From Phoronis australis (lineage: Eukaryota > Animalia > Phoronida): a DNA stretch of 64,000 nt. Both the position numbers and the translations under genes were made by a program. How positions within the stretch are numbered: the first letter of the stretch is position 1; each line of letters starts with the position of its first letter. The stretch lies in contig NMRA01000195.1 of assembly GCA_002633005.1 (NCBI GenBank), forward strand, positions 475,628 to 539,627, read 5' to 3'. This document shows positions 13,001 to 25,282 of this stretch, piece after piece. Below the pieces are notes generated by a model, which worked only from the letters and a program-made list of their open reading frames with translations, was not told the origin of the DNA and did not search any database.

Positions 13001-16000
13001 AATATGAACAAAATTTTTTTGAAAAGTATCTTGATCGACTGATCAGTGTCAATCGCTACTTTTTACGTATTTGCTACGATTTTTGCCGTGCTTGTGGATG
13101 CTATGCCGGAGAAGTTGAGAGTTACCCTTCTTCCGTCTATACGGCGTTCAGCCTTACTGGGGTTAAGCGGAGAGTGGGCGTGTAAATCTGGACGTAGGCC
13201 TACAAGTTGTGAGGGGGTGTGATTTACACGTGCAACAATGCCACTGCGACTGGTAATTCAGGGGTGTACGCCTTGTAATAGGGTTGACATGTTTAGTAAT
13301 GACACAATTTTGCAAGTTAACCAGTCGTAATTGTTAATTCCAGTGGGATATGCGTTGATTAATAACCGGTCGTGCACAGTTGTGAAACTGGTTGGATAGC
13401 AAGACCGCGATTCGGCTTCTTTTTGTTTGAAAATGATAGACTTTAGCGTGTACTCAGTTTAGCATTAGCTGTAGGTTGACTGACTGCTTAACTGGTTGGA
13501 TTTATAGAATGTGCAATACACTTTGAAAAAAATACCGGACAGTTTATAAACCACTGGTTAAAACATTCGCTATTTACAATAAAGCCTACTGCAAGTGGTT
13601 GTAAATTTCCAGAATTTATTGAAATCAGGCAACAGAAAAATTGAACCACCCCATGGCAACAATGAGCACAAGACCACTGACCGCATTTTTAAAATGGCAG
13701 GAATTTGATGCTGAAAGACACTAATTACTAAACTATTGCTACCAGGAACATGTTTATTACTGTAGAAATTATCAAAATAATTTTATTATGGCGTGCATCA
13801 ATTGCATTTTGAAGATTGTTCTCAGCCCAGTTCCTGAGGTGACAAAAGCAAGTTGCTCATGCGCAAGAGGGTGTTGGGCAAGCCTGTGGTCACATTACAA
13901 GATTGCTGTATCACATTGCCAATTGCCAGCTTCTATAGCTGTAGATGTTTCCTCTGTCCCACGGGATGTTGCCAAGACACCTTTACAACTGACATGGCAC
14001 CAATAATGAGGGGAAGAGAACAACGTGTGGTACTTCAGGACTTTCTAAAACGCACCAGCTCCAACGTGTTGCAGTGCCAGTCATATACTGAAGTCGAGCC
14101 CGGTAGCTTGGTCAGTAAGCCTATACGCGGACAACAAATGTGTGACGTAATTACAATTATTTGTTGTGTAACCGAGAGTCAAAGATTTGACTTTCATTGA
14201 GGAAAGACTGATCAGAGATTTTGTTGATATTGATTGAAAATTTCATACCGCTTTGCTGTGCATATATAACGTGAGTTAGATGCGTGCGTCTGTACGTAGA
14301 ACGATTAAATGAAACCAAAAAGCAAATTCTAAAAATGTTACTTGAGTGAACACGACTTAACTGTTACAAAATGATGGATGTTGACGAGTGTTCAATTTAA
14401 GGTTAAGTAATAAGAATGGTGGAAGCGTCCCGGCAGTTGAAGGATATCTGTCTGCGTCTATTAGTGAAATTTAGGCGCACACATCTATATGTGAAACACG
14501 TGGGTAAATATTTTATAAAACGTACAATTTCGGTTCTGCCCGCTCATGGGTTTTCAAAATAGACGCTAAAATAACCATTTTTAATGACTGGCTCTCATTA
14601 AAATTAACGAAGTGTATTAGAGCAAAGTTCGTTATTTTTAATTGACAAAGCACAATGTTATCGCCTTCAACCGTTAAACTAGTGGTCAATAAATCATTAT
14701 TTGCATTACGCAAATGAAAAACATTGATTGTTGTAACCGATACCATCAGGAGAACAAGATAGCAACCCCCAATGTTTAACACAAATCGTGGAGACAGTTT
14801 CGTCGCAGAGGGACAAACATGTCAATAGAAAAGATATTTCTACTTGCTTTCGCGATAATTGCCTAAATCATCAATTCTGTGGACAACATTCTGCATGTTT
14901 TATGCGTTCCAATAATTGTTCCAATGACAACGCTGTGCGGTCTTCTTAACTCAAGCCATATTGAATACATGAGTTTAGCGATTTTCAAGTTACGTTATCG
15001 GCGAGAAAAGTGAGCTGTAAAGATTACTAGGCCGAGCTCAGCTTCGTACAAGGAACCTTCGTGTTCGCAGTCAAAGGAGTTATCATCTGTCCCATTCAAT
15101 TTTTATCCAAAATATGCGTTTTGAGCCGTAAAATCGATAATACAAGTTAGTTCAGTCGAAATTTAAGCTCAAGTAATGCTGATTCAACAAACGCCAAATA
15201 GTTTCAAACTTTATTGAATTGAATTTGAATTTTTAGTTTAAATTTATTTTTGGTGGTAGCCTCAAAAGAAAACAAAAAATGTTTCAATGTAATTTAAAAT
15301 ATAATTAAATTTACAATTACACGATTGTTGTATTTCAATGAAAAAATAAAGCCTTTTTGCAACAAACATACGGCGACAATATAACGAGAAAAAATATTTT
15401 ACTTAATGACCTACTCGTGTTAGAGGAGAACCTACAAATCCACCAAAAATATAAATTTTACATAAAAAGTCTCCAATAGTTGACAACAAGATTGTCCGAG
15501 TTAAGGTATCAAACGCAACCAGTAGCCGTGGGTAGCTCTCGCACATGTTTAGAGGACCTTTCGACAAATCTGATGCCCGCGCCAAAACGAGGAACAGCAT
15601 CGGAACTGTTCTCTACGGAAGAAAAATTTGAACACAGTGTGTACATTAGGTAAAGGAAATTTTTCGTTCAGCGAAGAACGCACATATGGTAACAGAGTTG
15701 AGGGCGCTGTTTGAACAATTCATTCGTAGTTTCCCTGAATTAGGGGTCAACCGTCGATTTGTGGCATTCTTCGTGACTTCGGTGCCTTTTAATAGAAACT
15801 TTCAAGCAAGAAAAGCATCACTAGTTTCCAATAAAATCATATCATGGCACTTAAATTTCAGAATGTTACTTTGAAAATTTGTGATGTGCCCAATAAACAG
15901 TGTTTTGCCATTGGTGATGTTTTAAGCGAAAAACAAAAGTGAGATTAGTCAAAGGTAAAGTTTCTATGAGAATTTATGATCTGGAACATCGCAAACTATG

Positions 16001-16462
16001 AAATAACGTACATGCAGACGCCAAATTTCACGTCATGGGATTGATTTGTTTCGTTTCAAGGATGTATATACATACGCGCACCCAGGGGGGCTCGGGGACT
16101 CGAACGAAGCAAAGTGGGCCTAAAGTTCAGCCACAGAGAAACAAAAACTCCGAACACGATGCTGAAGATCCCTAAAAACCCAGGAGGTACCTCAATTTGG
16201 CGTTTTTTTAGTAAAAGCTTCACATTCTCAAAAATTAGAGCCCCACAATTTAAGACTGGGCGCGCGCATGATATTCACAGTTAAATTTTGGAAATAGATG
16301 AAACACTGTTCAGCATTTAATCAACTTACCTGGGCAAGACGAGTAAGGCGTTGGATTCTTTGATGACGCCTCCAACGACCAGCAGTGATAGTCAACGTTT
16401 GTAAAATCATGCCACGCTGAAACCGTCTTCAACACCATACATAATAAGGTGACCAAAAACAT
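321..16462 (-). CDS. Receptor-type (membrane) guanylyl cyclase-like protein, 5' portion: signal peptide, Cys-rich ectodomain, transmembrane helix, start of kinase-homology domain; gene continues past the left edge
   Basis: Seven GT-AG exons join in phase: 16462-16330, 12560-12410, 8949-8597, 4958-4807, 3844-3772, 3210-3084, 407-321. Translation gives MFLVTLLCMVLKTVSA (signal peptide), a TM helix, LLWDENWVIPEKDL, and FTEIAHWKGRVVAVKKIEKIQFTLTKQVRKEVKEMR. The last segment matches the start of the kinase-homology domain of receptor guanylyl cyclases. The cyclase domain is outside the window, so that assignment is inferred. Confidence 0.8.
642..1160. repeat. Compound trinucleotide microsatellite: (CTG/CTA)n followed by (ATA/ATG)n
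   Basis: Directly visible; it produces the spurious poly-I/M/L/S ORFs. Confidence 0.95.
2175..2320. mobile_element. Small non-autonomous element fragment with inverted TAGGACC(T)ACGC repeats
   Basis: agtaacgctaggacct at ~2176 is inverted relative to aggtcctagcgtaggtcctagcgttact at ~2280-2307. Related sequence occurs at ~26572-26598. Confidence 0.45.
3084..3210 (-). CDS. Receptor GC-like exon 6
   Basis: DTYVRGFMGSVVSIVTTNSSSREDGQNVNKSSMRQRFTEIAH(W), a Ser/Thr-rich juxtamembrane segment; donor |gtaagt, phase 2. Confidence 0.8.
3278..3432. mobile_element. MITE, GGCGGATTTAG-type TIR, 5-bp TSD
   Basis: Imperfect 15-bp TIR (aaagtgcggatttag / ctaaatctgccgctg) flanked by ttttg on both sides. Confidence 0.6.
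3772..3844 (-). CDS. Receptor GC-like exon 5
   Basis: TFAYRNYKLLWDENWVIPEKDLHP, with the WxI..DL juxtamembrane motif typical of receptor GCs; ag|...|gtatgt. Confidence 0.8.
4807..4958 (-). CDS. Receptor GC-like exon 4 (juxtamembrane Cys module + TM helix)
   Basis: Acceptor ctttttcag|, donor |gtgagt; ICGNSVCEKEEGECCSTCPADCGVCPLKDYVIALIALSGFIVVVAMVSTVL. Confidence 0.85.
7525..7648. repeat. Minisatellite, 19-bp unit CATTCTGTCCATTTTGACC, ~6 copies
   Basis: Directly visible tandem array. Confidence 0.9.
8597..8949 (-). CDS. Receptor GC-like exon 3 (Cys-rich ectodomain, HHVNIHSC motif)
   Basis: Open frame NCSKDARTWCETTECPPADKATRDNCCIHHVNIHSCPLEG...LCGPWI...IAHFKIAGMQVALNWVATAIPRA; donor CCA|gtgagt. 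The acceptor at 8949 fits the phase; a stronger-looking acceptor at 8980 has a different phase. Confidence 0.75.
10620..11950 (+). mobile_element. Highly decayed LINE reverse-transcriptase remnant
   Basis: Broken frames give PEGWSKASVNP, FRKGYSTIDQI and SVLTSLLFTIFL, which resemble conserved non-LTR RT blocks; many stops and frameshifts. Confidence 0.55.
12410..12560 (-). CDS. Receptor GC-like exon 2 (ectodomain)
   Basis: Acceptor tttacaacag|, donor |gtgagt; GIDIDWLTAPPDRIKAQTPFNVSYSLHFSPAFYSWAVKEKFFTFTNGSDIV; phase 1 to 2. Confidence 0.75.
13820..14020 (+). mobile_element. Decayed SWIM-type zinc-finger coding remnant, probably transposon-derived
   Basis: With frameshifts it reads ASCSCARGVGQACGHITRLLYHIA...VPRDVAKT.LQLTWH, i.e. 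a CxC...CxH pattern followed by a T..Q.WH-like motif. Confidence 0.45.
16071..16270. mobile_element. MITE with CATRCGCGCRCCCAG TIRs
   Basis: catacgcgcacccag ... ctgggcgcgcgcatg, flanks atata/atatt. Related ends lie at ~560-614 and ~17886. Confidence 0.7.
16330..16462 (-). CDS. Receptor GC-like exon 1 (signal peptide)
   Basis: ATG at 16462 with an in-frame stop upstream; MFLVTLLCMVLKTVSAWHDFTNVDYHCWSLEASSKNPTPYSSCP; donor CAG|gtaagt. Confidence 0.75.
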
Positions 16463-17824
16463 GTCGCAGGATAGCTGTCTCTCCCGTTTGTGTGTAGTGA
16501 TGAATGACTTCTCATGCCAAGCATCACATGTCTTTCAATTCAGCTCTTTGTAATTCTATCATTGACGTTTTTCGTCCCTTTTCGAGCACGTAAATTTCAA
16601 ATTAGCCTGTATTGTTCTTCGACAAGTGCAACGCGACACCATTCACGCTATCCGCGTGCTTGTCGACTTCGCAATTAGTGAAAAGGGATTCGAACAAATA
16701 CCCTCAATAACATAATTATGCAAAATAGCGAACGCCAGTCGTCATACTGTGCATGCCAATGATTGGTCTAGTGGCGATCATAATCACCCGCCATATTGTC
16801 GGTATGCAACCACACAGACTTCTACATGTATATCACTGTTCTTAATTCCAAACCAATACATATACTTTACATGTACATGTACAAGATTTGTGCATGTTCG
16901 ATGGTAAAGGTACTTTTGCAATAGACTAGCTCACATAATCNGTTCCACACCAAGAAATTGCCTCATTTTGCCCCCAAGAACACTTCCCTTGTATCTCCTA
17001 AACCACCAAATTTTGTGGTGTCATACTTCACCCAATTTCTCTCATCCCTAATGTGATTTATCAGGCTAAACATGGATCTGAATGGCTGACCCCCCACCTT
17101 GCCGCTTGTTGGCTGTACAGTGGTCGGTGGATCCGTGGACTGATACTTAAACAGTAGGTAGTTGCCTTGGTAAATTGATGGCTGTGTTGCAGAAATGCTC
17201 TTCCGTTTATTAATGACTTGCAATGCCCCTGGGGACTTCTTGTAACGTAAAAGTCCGCACTCTGGAGACACTTTAAATCCATGCCGTGTAAACAAAACGC
17301 AGCATTGTTAGATTGTAAGGTTCAAAGAAATTGGAAAGGCAATTGAAAAAACATATAACCAAGATTCCTATAATTGAAGATAAATCGCTGAATTTCAGTT
17401 TTGGCGACAAGTATTTTTGTCACAGAAACGTGTACTTCAGTCTTTTTTGTGGTCAGGATTCTGCTCTGAAAACTGTGTGTCGCAGTGGTGTTTGCCTGCT
17501 AAACAATACTAAAATACTTCATTCTGTTTTATTGCGCACTACACTCTCTTTGAGAAAAAGGTCTGCCCAAGTCTGTTACCGTCTTCTCGTCTCTGAGAAT
17601 AGCTTGAAAAGCGACGTGATCTGAAAGTTTTATGGGCATGGTCTCGAGCACTAACGAACAGTGATTTCTTTCAAAACACTGATATTACCTCTAGACAAAT
17701 TGAGACCATATTAATAATGATAAATGGCCCGAATCAAGACATTTTGAACCGAAATCATGCTGGGTTTAGTGTCGCTTATAGCACTAAACCACCATTACTA
17801 AAAAAACATCGAGTGGACGTACAC

Positions 17825-18080
17825 CAGGGGCGGATCCAGGATTTTAAGTTGGGGGCAGGGCACAGGAATAACCAGAATTTCGCCACATGCGCGCGCCCAG
17901 CCTAAAATGTAGGAATGCAGGGGTCTCAAATTTTTACGAAAAAACGGTAAACGGGGTTTATTCAAGACCTATGCACTCTGCATTCGCTCCCAAGCCCCCC
18001 CCCCCCCTGCGTGGGTGNNNNNNNNNNNNNNNNNNNNNNNNNNNNNNNNNNNNNNNNNNNACCCCCTAAGTCCGCCACTG
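17825..18080. mobile_element. MITE (CAGGGGCGG...CCGCCACTG), 5-bp TSD TACAC
   Basis: TIR plus a perfect tacac duplication; contains the short N gap and an end of the 16071 family. Confidence 0.75.
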
Positions 18081-18719
18081 TACACTGTACCCGCCTCTTG
18101 CGGAATTTCATACTTTTATTAGAGCCCATTGTCGCCGACCATGAAGAGTACAATGTCAAACACTCGCCGCTGCGCACGAACTGCACGGTGTCTCATTCGG
18201 TGTGGTTCCCTCGTACACACGATTCCTTGCAAGAATTCACTCCCCCGTTCTCATTAAACAAGTGAAACCTGTTGTTAATTAAGTAATCAACAACAAAGAA
18301 CAGAAACTACACTAGCGCCCTCTGTAAGGATTACTTTAATCAATTAACTATAAATAATCAAATGTCTTATCTGCTATCCAAGCTGTAGGATTTGACACTT
18401 GTTGGATGACAGTCCTGTTGGTGAATCTTCGAACTACACACACACTAGTCTGCTACAGTGTACTTGCTGGTCACAGTCTCTGGTGACGCAACACTTGCTC
18501 GTGACGTAACACGTATAGGCAGTATTTTACTACCCACGATGCAAGTGACAAGATCTCAGTTAACTTCCAGTTCGTTAAGGGGTCACAGAACAGTTCTCAC
18601 AGGTGTTTGCCTATCAGAACTAGGCGTCAATGGACTCTTCACCCTTTCTTCACTCTGTCAAAAATTGCATGCAAAGAAAGAAAAATTTAGAGCCATTTCA
18701 CACCACAAGCCTTATAGAT

Positions 18720-19931
18720 GAGCACAGAAGTTTTATACTCTTTTGTAGTTTTGACCCTTTCGCTCTCACTGAAAAACAGGCTATACTAAGAATAATAGGG
18801 GCAAAAACGCAAAATCGGCACTTTTCACCCCAAAACCACCACTTCCCTGCCGATGGTCGACTGAAGCCAACATTAGATTCCGAAAGCAAATATCCTACCG
18901 ATTCAAAAAATGTAGTCCAAATGTACTGCCAATCAACTAGTTTTTTGCAAATCTGGCTTGTTTGAGGGCTACCAGAAATCGCGGCCAATTTATCAGTTGA
19001 TACCCAGCAATGCATAATTGCAACTGGGGGTCACCATCTTGAAGAAGAGGGCACCTATAGCCAGCAAGAGGTCTTTGTTCATTCTCAGCATGTTCACATA
19101 TACAAACAAACCACATTCAGTTGGCCTACATACAACACCTAACTAAAAATGCCCCCAAGCCTGGCCTACCTCTAGATTTTAATACATGTATTTTGGGAGT
19201 GCCAATTGGCCTCGGTCGCAGCATAACTGTTCAGTGCCACCTAAGCCTTACCCTTGCCAAGATCCTATTTAGAATCCTCCACGAGATGGCTCTGTTGTAC
19301 AATTTCCTCTGCACGCTGTAACAAGTCTTCTAGCTTTAACTACTACATGTATTGCTCATCTGACTATTTTTCAAATTTCAGCCCAAATTATAATAACGTA
19401 CTTATTTAACGATTGGCTAATAAAAACCACATGATCTTATCCAATCGTATCATTGGCTGTTACAATTTGATTTTAGAAATTTCTAGAATCTTTATAGTGT
19501 TTTGACCCCAGAATCAAAGTAGTAAACATCATCTGAAAATATATTTTAACTTTAAAATTCATGTCAACAAAATTGGCCCCATAATTTAAAAGTACATATG
19601 CACAAATTTCGGGCAACTCAAAATGGATCTCTTTGTACTAATTACTTAACCAATATTTATTCTGACACCCAACAAACTTGTAACTGAAGTGTAAAACATT
19701 TTTAATGTTTTTTTCTCAGGAAAGTTTACAGCTGAACGGCAATATATGGGCCGAAATTCAAAATGGCGGCATCCGCCATCTTGAGTTGTAAAATATGCTC
19801 ACAGTTGCAAAAAGTGCATCCAAGCTAGTTTTGCTCTCCTGATCATATCTAATAGATTTCAACAAAGAAACTTTACAGCAATCAACATTGCAGGGTTCAC
19901 TATGGGGGCTATTGGGCCGGCAACTAGACTA
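18720..19931. mobile_element. DNA transposon fragment with a TAGTC-type terminus (Academ-like, tentative)
   Basis: Right end ...gggggctattgggccggcaactagacta, with internal aaaatggcggc...gccatcttg motifs. The left end and TSD were not resolved. Confidence 0.35.
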
Positions 19932-20029
19932 ATATACCTTTCAACTCTATTGTCAGTCGTGTTTGTCGTGCTGCAGAAACGTTGGTGCACTGAAATCGAT
20001 CATGACGTCGTAGTCCGGCACGGTCCCGT

Positions 20030-20385
20030 AAAACCTCGTTTGGATGGTTTCGACCAATCCTCGTTCTGTTATCTGGTCATGCATCTTTTGTGTAAATTTT
20101 CCAAGTTCAAGGCAGGAACCAACTAAAAATTCATACTTACATATCTCATAAACTGGATGCTGTGGTCCTTAGTGGGTGGGCTTTTCCACAGTTGTCGTGT
20201 AATTCGCTAAACGCGTTGTTCGCGCTTGCCCGTTTAGAAGAATTTGTAAAAAGTTTTCGAATTTTCCTCCAAACTTTGGAAGGTTGGTGAAGGTTACAGA
20301 GCATTATTTTGTTTCAGAGAACTGGATTGGAAATCTGTTTTTAGTATGTGTTAGTAGGCCAAAACTGGGTTTGGTATCATTTTAA
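20030..20385. mobile_element. Partial copy (right arm) of the palindromic TTAA MITE at 57701-58324
   Basis: Ends ...ggccaaaactgggtttggtatcatt|ttaa; internal accaatcctcgttct is shared with ~58007. Confidence 0.6.
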
Positions 20386-20741
20386 TGATAGACAAAGTTC
20401 ATCGCTTTAACAAATGACAAAGTCGCTCAAATGAAATACTGCAATTGAGATTGTATGTAGTAAACTTTCGAGAAGGAACATAATACGCCGATTGTCCGTT
20501 TTTTAATAATACGAATGACCCGAACTAAGAGCCTATAGTGTATTTTATGTTTCCATCATCCCCCTATTACACCCTTTCCAGTCTTCCGCTTCACGGTTTT
20601 TGTGAGACTGTGCCGTGAAACCAGGTGTGAATCCGTGTACATTAATGAAAACGTGTTCCTGAATGAATGTTGAGTAGATTTTTCACTTTGCTTTTCCAAA
20701 TTAAACTAGTGATATGTCAACTTTTGATGGCTCAAATGAGT

Positions 20742-20760
20742 ACACACACACACACACACA
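20742..20760. repeat. (CA)n microsatellite
   Basis: Directly visible. Confidence 0.85.
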
Positions 20761-21879
20761 GTCGAAACTGGTAACTGTCATGATGTTTAGAGCTGAACGG
20801 CACCATATCTTCGGCTTTGGTGTCACTCGCGTTATTGGTGCTGCGGCACCTTTGGTACATTGTTACTGCTGGCGACGTCAGTGATTTTTTTCAATAACTC
20901 GGCTCTACGTCATTATTGGGGGTGAAGCGTTTATGCTTTATTTGATTTCAGAGGTCTTAACGCATTTTCTCTAAACAACATTACACTTTCGTTGTCACTT
21001 TCAAATAATTGATTTTTCGCAATAATTAGAAAGTGTATTTTGGTGTGGTAACGACAAGTGTTCATTTTTCAGTGTCAGATGCTTTGCAAAATATTCATTT
21101 ACACTGTACATGGAAATATTGAAAGGCATTGTGATAAACAAACTATTCATTTCCTTGTGGCGGAATATTGGTCGTTTTCTTATTTATAAAGTTAAAGAGT
21201 GTTGACTGACAGTCTTTTTGAACCCATTTGGGCTTCATAAGGGTCTCACTGAGTAAATGCATATGTTTGCCATCTGAACAGTGTAAGACAAGCATAAAAA
21301 TTATTGCGTTTTGAAAACAAAATAGCAGTTCAGGGGATTCATTTTGACGCATTTCTCAACAAAACTTAGTGTTAATAATCCATGACAAGCCTACCTTTTA
21401 TACAGTTGTGGCTAGGGAGATCCCAGAACCCAATCTGTAGAGAGTACTGAAGGTTAGGCAGTGACAATTCGATTGTTTAACATGGCATCATTTCGAACAG
21501 AACCGTTCACAGGAGTTCCAAAGAGAATGCTTTCCTCCCAACATAAGCTTTTTAAGGAGAACTAGAATTATTTCACGTTTAAGCAGGAGCGTGGCCTGCT
21601 TAAACTTGGGTTTGGCTAAAAAACAATTGCGAATGCATTTAGAAGAGTTTCAAAAGCATCTACATGTAAAATATATTTAAAATGTGAGAGAGAGGAAGAT
21701 AGAGATTGTTTATTTGTACATGGAGCTAAGCTCATTTGTACATATTACATTGCAGTAGTTGGTAGAGATGGCAATTTCATGACCAGATGTTCAATATATA
21801 TTTACGTATTTACACATTTACAACGTTAGAGTTTCCTGTCTAATATCATAAGCGTTTAATATATATATAAGTATAGTCT

Positions 21880-22600
21880 TTTCAAAAGATCGTCAGAGTT
21901 TGTTTTGAATAATTATTTGACGTTTTTGATGTCTGGATATTTCTGGTAAAAAGTTCATTCTAGTATCGTTAGGTACGGGGCAGTTCAATAATTTTAATAA
22001 TAAGAATATTTCGTCTTCAATTTCTGAGCGGTTGCAAATTTCGCAAAGCCTCTCTTCCTTTGGAATGTCATGGCGCCTACCAGTTTTTATTTTCAATTGA
22101 TGTCCAGAGCACCTGAATTTGGCTAATATTCTACGTAGAGTTGGTGGTAGACAGTAAAGATATTCTTCAAAGGATAAATATGTTTTGATAATAGAGTAAA
22201 ATGAGCAGTTGGTGGAGTTTTGCACTGACATCCTCCGTTCTTGGGCACCCCAATACAACAATCTTTGCGTAAATTCTGATACAAATAAATTAATATTACG
22301 CTGTCCACTTATCCATACCTCTCTGAATAAAATATCTTTAGCTGCACTGGCCCAATTTGCTCGTCCTCTTTCACAGTCTTCCCGCAGCATCTGTAACTTT
22401 TCTTTGGGTATCTGAGGTTATTCATCTGTAGAATTTTGGTCCAGCAGATTATTGGTCTGCACAAGTATTTCATAGATAATAAATGCCTACTGCATTCTCC
22501 TCTGGCCATAACGTTACTTATTGTCTTTGGGACACCAGCAACTTATTGTGAACACTTTCTATGTCTTTCGAATATACTGTACCCAATATCCCGGCACCGT
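21880..22600 (-). mobile_element. 5'-truncated LINE 3' end (ORF2 C-terminal zinc-knuckle region, RTEX-like)
   Basis: FEEYL...LAKFRCSGHQLKIKTGRR..IPKEERLCEICNRSEIEDEIFLL..CP...R is the typical C-terminal CCHC-type region of non-LTR ORF2. The clade assignment is from memory. Confidence 0.8.
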
Positions 22601-23819
22601 ATAACAATATTATTAAAATGTACTAATCAGGATGTCCAGCGACACATGTGACCATGTTTTGCAGGGGATAGGATTGTTAGCATGTGAAGCGTTGCGACGA
22701 AATTTAATTGTTTTAGTGGCAAAAGCAATTTCGCGCTTTCAACATTTGGTTATTAGAAGCGGGCGTTGTCCCTCAGTAGTACCGGAATTATGGTTTGAAA
22801 TGTTTGCGAGATTACGAAATTCGCAGTAATTGAAAAATTGCTTTTTGCCTTCACTTACATCGATAGGACAGAAAAATTGAAGAGGGGGAAGGAAGTAGAA
22901 TATGGACTATGATAAAAAAATTACATGTTTATTCTGCCTTAGGAGTATATGAGCAAACTGGAAAATGGATAGTCGAGTTGATGAAACTTGTGCCTTCACT
23001 ATTATCGCGCCTTTTTCCCAGAATGCCCTCCCTCTTTAATAATTATTATTCAAAATTTATTTGAGTTTTCTACACTGACACGATTGCCGCCGTACTATAC
23101 CAAAAGCGTAACTGGCTTGGATATACACGTGCAATATACGTTTTCTAAATCATTGTGGGGGAGGAATATGATGTGCCGAACATTCGGATTTCCAGCAACT
23201 CGCCTTGGTCACAACAGGTGGCTCATATTAATTTCAGTTGGTTCATTGGGGATGCATAAACTAATTCGAAATCGCCAAACCTTTGCCCCCTGGTCCCAAC
23301 GAATATTTTTTTTAAGTGCGCGCAGACAATTTTTCAAGCTCGTGTCCAGACTGCCAGAAAAATGCACGTTTTCGGCAGCTCAGTGCATGATGGCGGACAT
23401 ATTGGACTGAGCGGAAAGCGCTTGGGTGGCGAATTAATTTGTCAAATATCTCCTCAAATCAACGCCAGAAATATCTGACATAGGCAGTGCGCATGCGCAG
23501 CCAGCAGCTAACTATTCCCCCACAGAAATACACACAAGAAGGGGTTTTCCGAGGAATTTTGATTTAGGGGAGACAACTCTGCAATTTGCCGATAGCTAGC
23601 GAGAAAAACATAGATCTAAGGATTCATTATGCTGAATATTGGAAAGATTGGTGAAGATTTTTCGGTGTCCATTGAAGTTTGAAGTTTGCCCATGTTGATG
23701 GTCACAGCCAATCGCCCGGAAGGCAATATTTGAGCCCAAACCCATTTTCAAATCAAATCTGTGGAGAGCATAATTCAGTTCCCTTGTTTGCCGATAGCGG
23801 GGGTCACGAACAGTGTGAC

Positions 23820-25282
23820 CTAGATATCACCTATGCTGTTTTCGAACGAATTTTCTGAAAAAAAACAGTGTCCAACAGGGTGTTGAAAACGGGTTCGCGG
23901 CCAGAAATGTAAAAAGCAGTCACTTAAAGTTTCGTGGTCTGTAGTACGATTTGCAAGCTCTAATGAGGAAGATTTAGCCCGGAATGATTATATTAATTCC
24001 CAGTAGTGCAACAAGAAGCAGTCGGTTATGTATTTTGCTAAAAAATGAATTCTGAAATTATTGCACATAGAGCACTTCATGAGACGCAGCTAGGTTAAGG
24101 TTGTACTAGTTCTTTTTAACATTATTGCTGATTTTAATTTATGCTGTGTTGAAGGTATCACATTCAATAAAAAAGAACTCATTCCCATAGACGGATCCAT
24201 GGACTGATGGGGACCCCGACCTCAATTTCCGAAGGATAAACCTTCATAATAGCCTTGCGAGGGGCGTGATGTCAATTTTTGTAAGACAAACCCTCCTGAG
24301 ATCCCTGAAAACGAAAGATCGGCGCTTTCGCTATTTTTTATCGTGTGCAGAATGAGGGAGCCCTGGGCCCCCTCGGACCCCCCTATATCCATCTATGCAG
24401 CGTACCGTCACAGTTTGATAGGCGGATCCAGGGGGGTCAAAGGGTTTCGGATCCCTTTTTTCCTTGATTTCAGTTATGTCAAATCTAGAATTTTCGAATT
24501 GTTGACTTGGACCCCTTTTTTTAAAAAAACCTGGATCCGCCCCTGCGNCTAGATATCACAAATGCTGTTTTCGAACGAATTTTCTGAAAAAAACCGGTGT
24601 CCAACAGGGTGTTGAAAACGGGTTCGCGGCCAGAAATGTAAAAAGCACTCACTTAAAGTTTCGTGGTCTGTAGTACGATTTGCAAGCTCTACTGAGGAAG
24701 ATTTAGCCGGGAATGATTATGTTCATTCCCAGTAGTGCAACAAGAAGCAGTCGGTCATGTATTTTGCTAAAAAAATGAATTCTGAAATTATTGCACGTAG
24801 GGCACTTCATGAAACGCAGCTAGGTTAAGGTTGTACTAGTTCTTTTTAACAACATATTGCTGTTTTTAATTTATGCTGTGTTGAAGGTATCACATTTATT
24901 AAAAAAAGAACTCATACCCATAGACGGATCCATGGAATTAAGATGATGGGGGCCCCGACCTCAATTTCTGAAGGATAGACCTTCATAATAGCCTTGCGAT
25001 GGGCGTGACGTCAATTTTTGTAGGACAAACCCTCGTGAGATCCCTGAAAACGAAAGGTCGGCGCCATTTTTTTATCGTGTGCGGAATGAGGGAGCCCTGG
25101 GCCCCCTCGGACCCCCCTTTATCCATCTATGCAGCGTGCCGTCACAGTTTGATAGGCGGATCCAGGTGGGTCAAAGGGTTTCGGATCCCTTTTTCCCCAT
25201 GATTTTAGTTATGTAAAATCTAGAATTTTAGAATTGTTGACTTGGACCCTTTTTTTAAAAAGAACCTGGATCCGCTCCTGCG
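23820..25282. repeat. Tandem duplication, 2 x ~730 bp (23820-24547 / 24549-25282), joined at a single N
   Basis: Near-identical copies with scattered substitutions and indels, each containing the same two MITEs. Confidence 0.9.

Noticed and set aside
16963-17295. 110-aa ORF upstream of the receptor gene
   Set aside because: No ATG start or identifiable motif; it abuts an N junction and is probably a transposon fragment.
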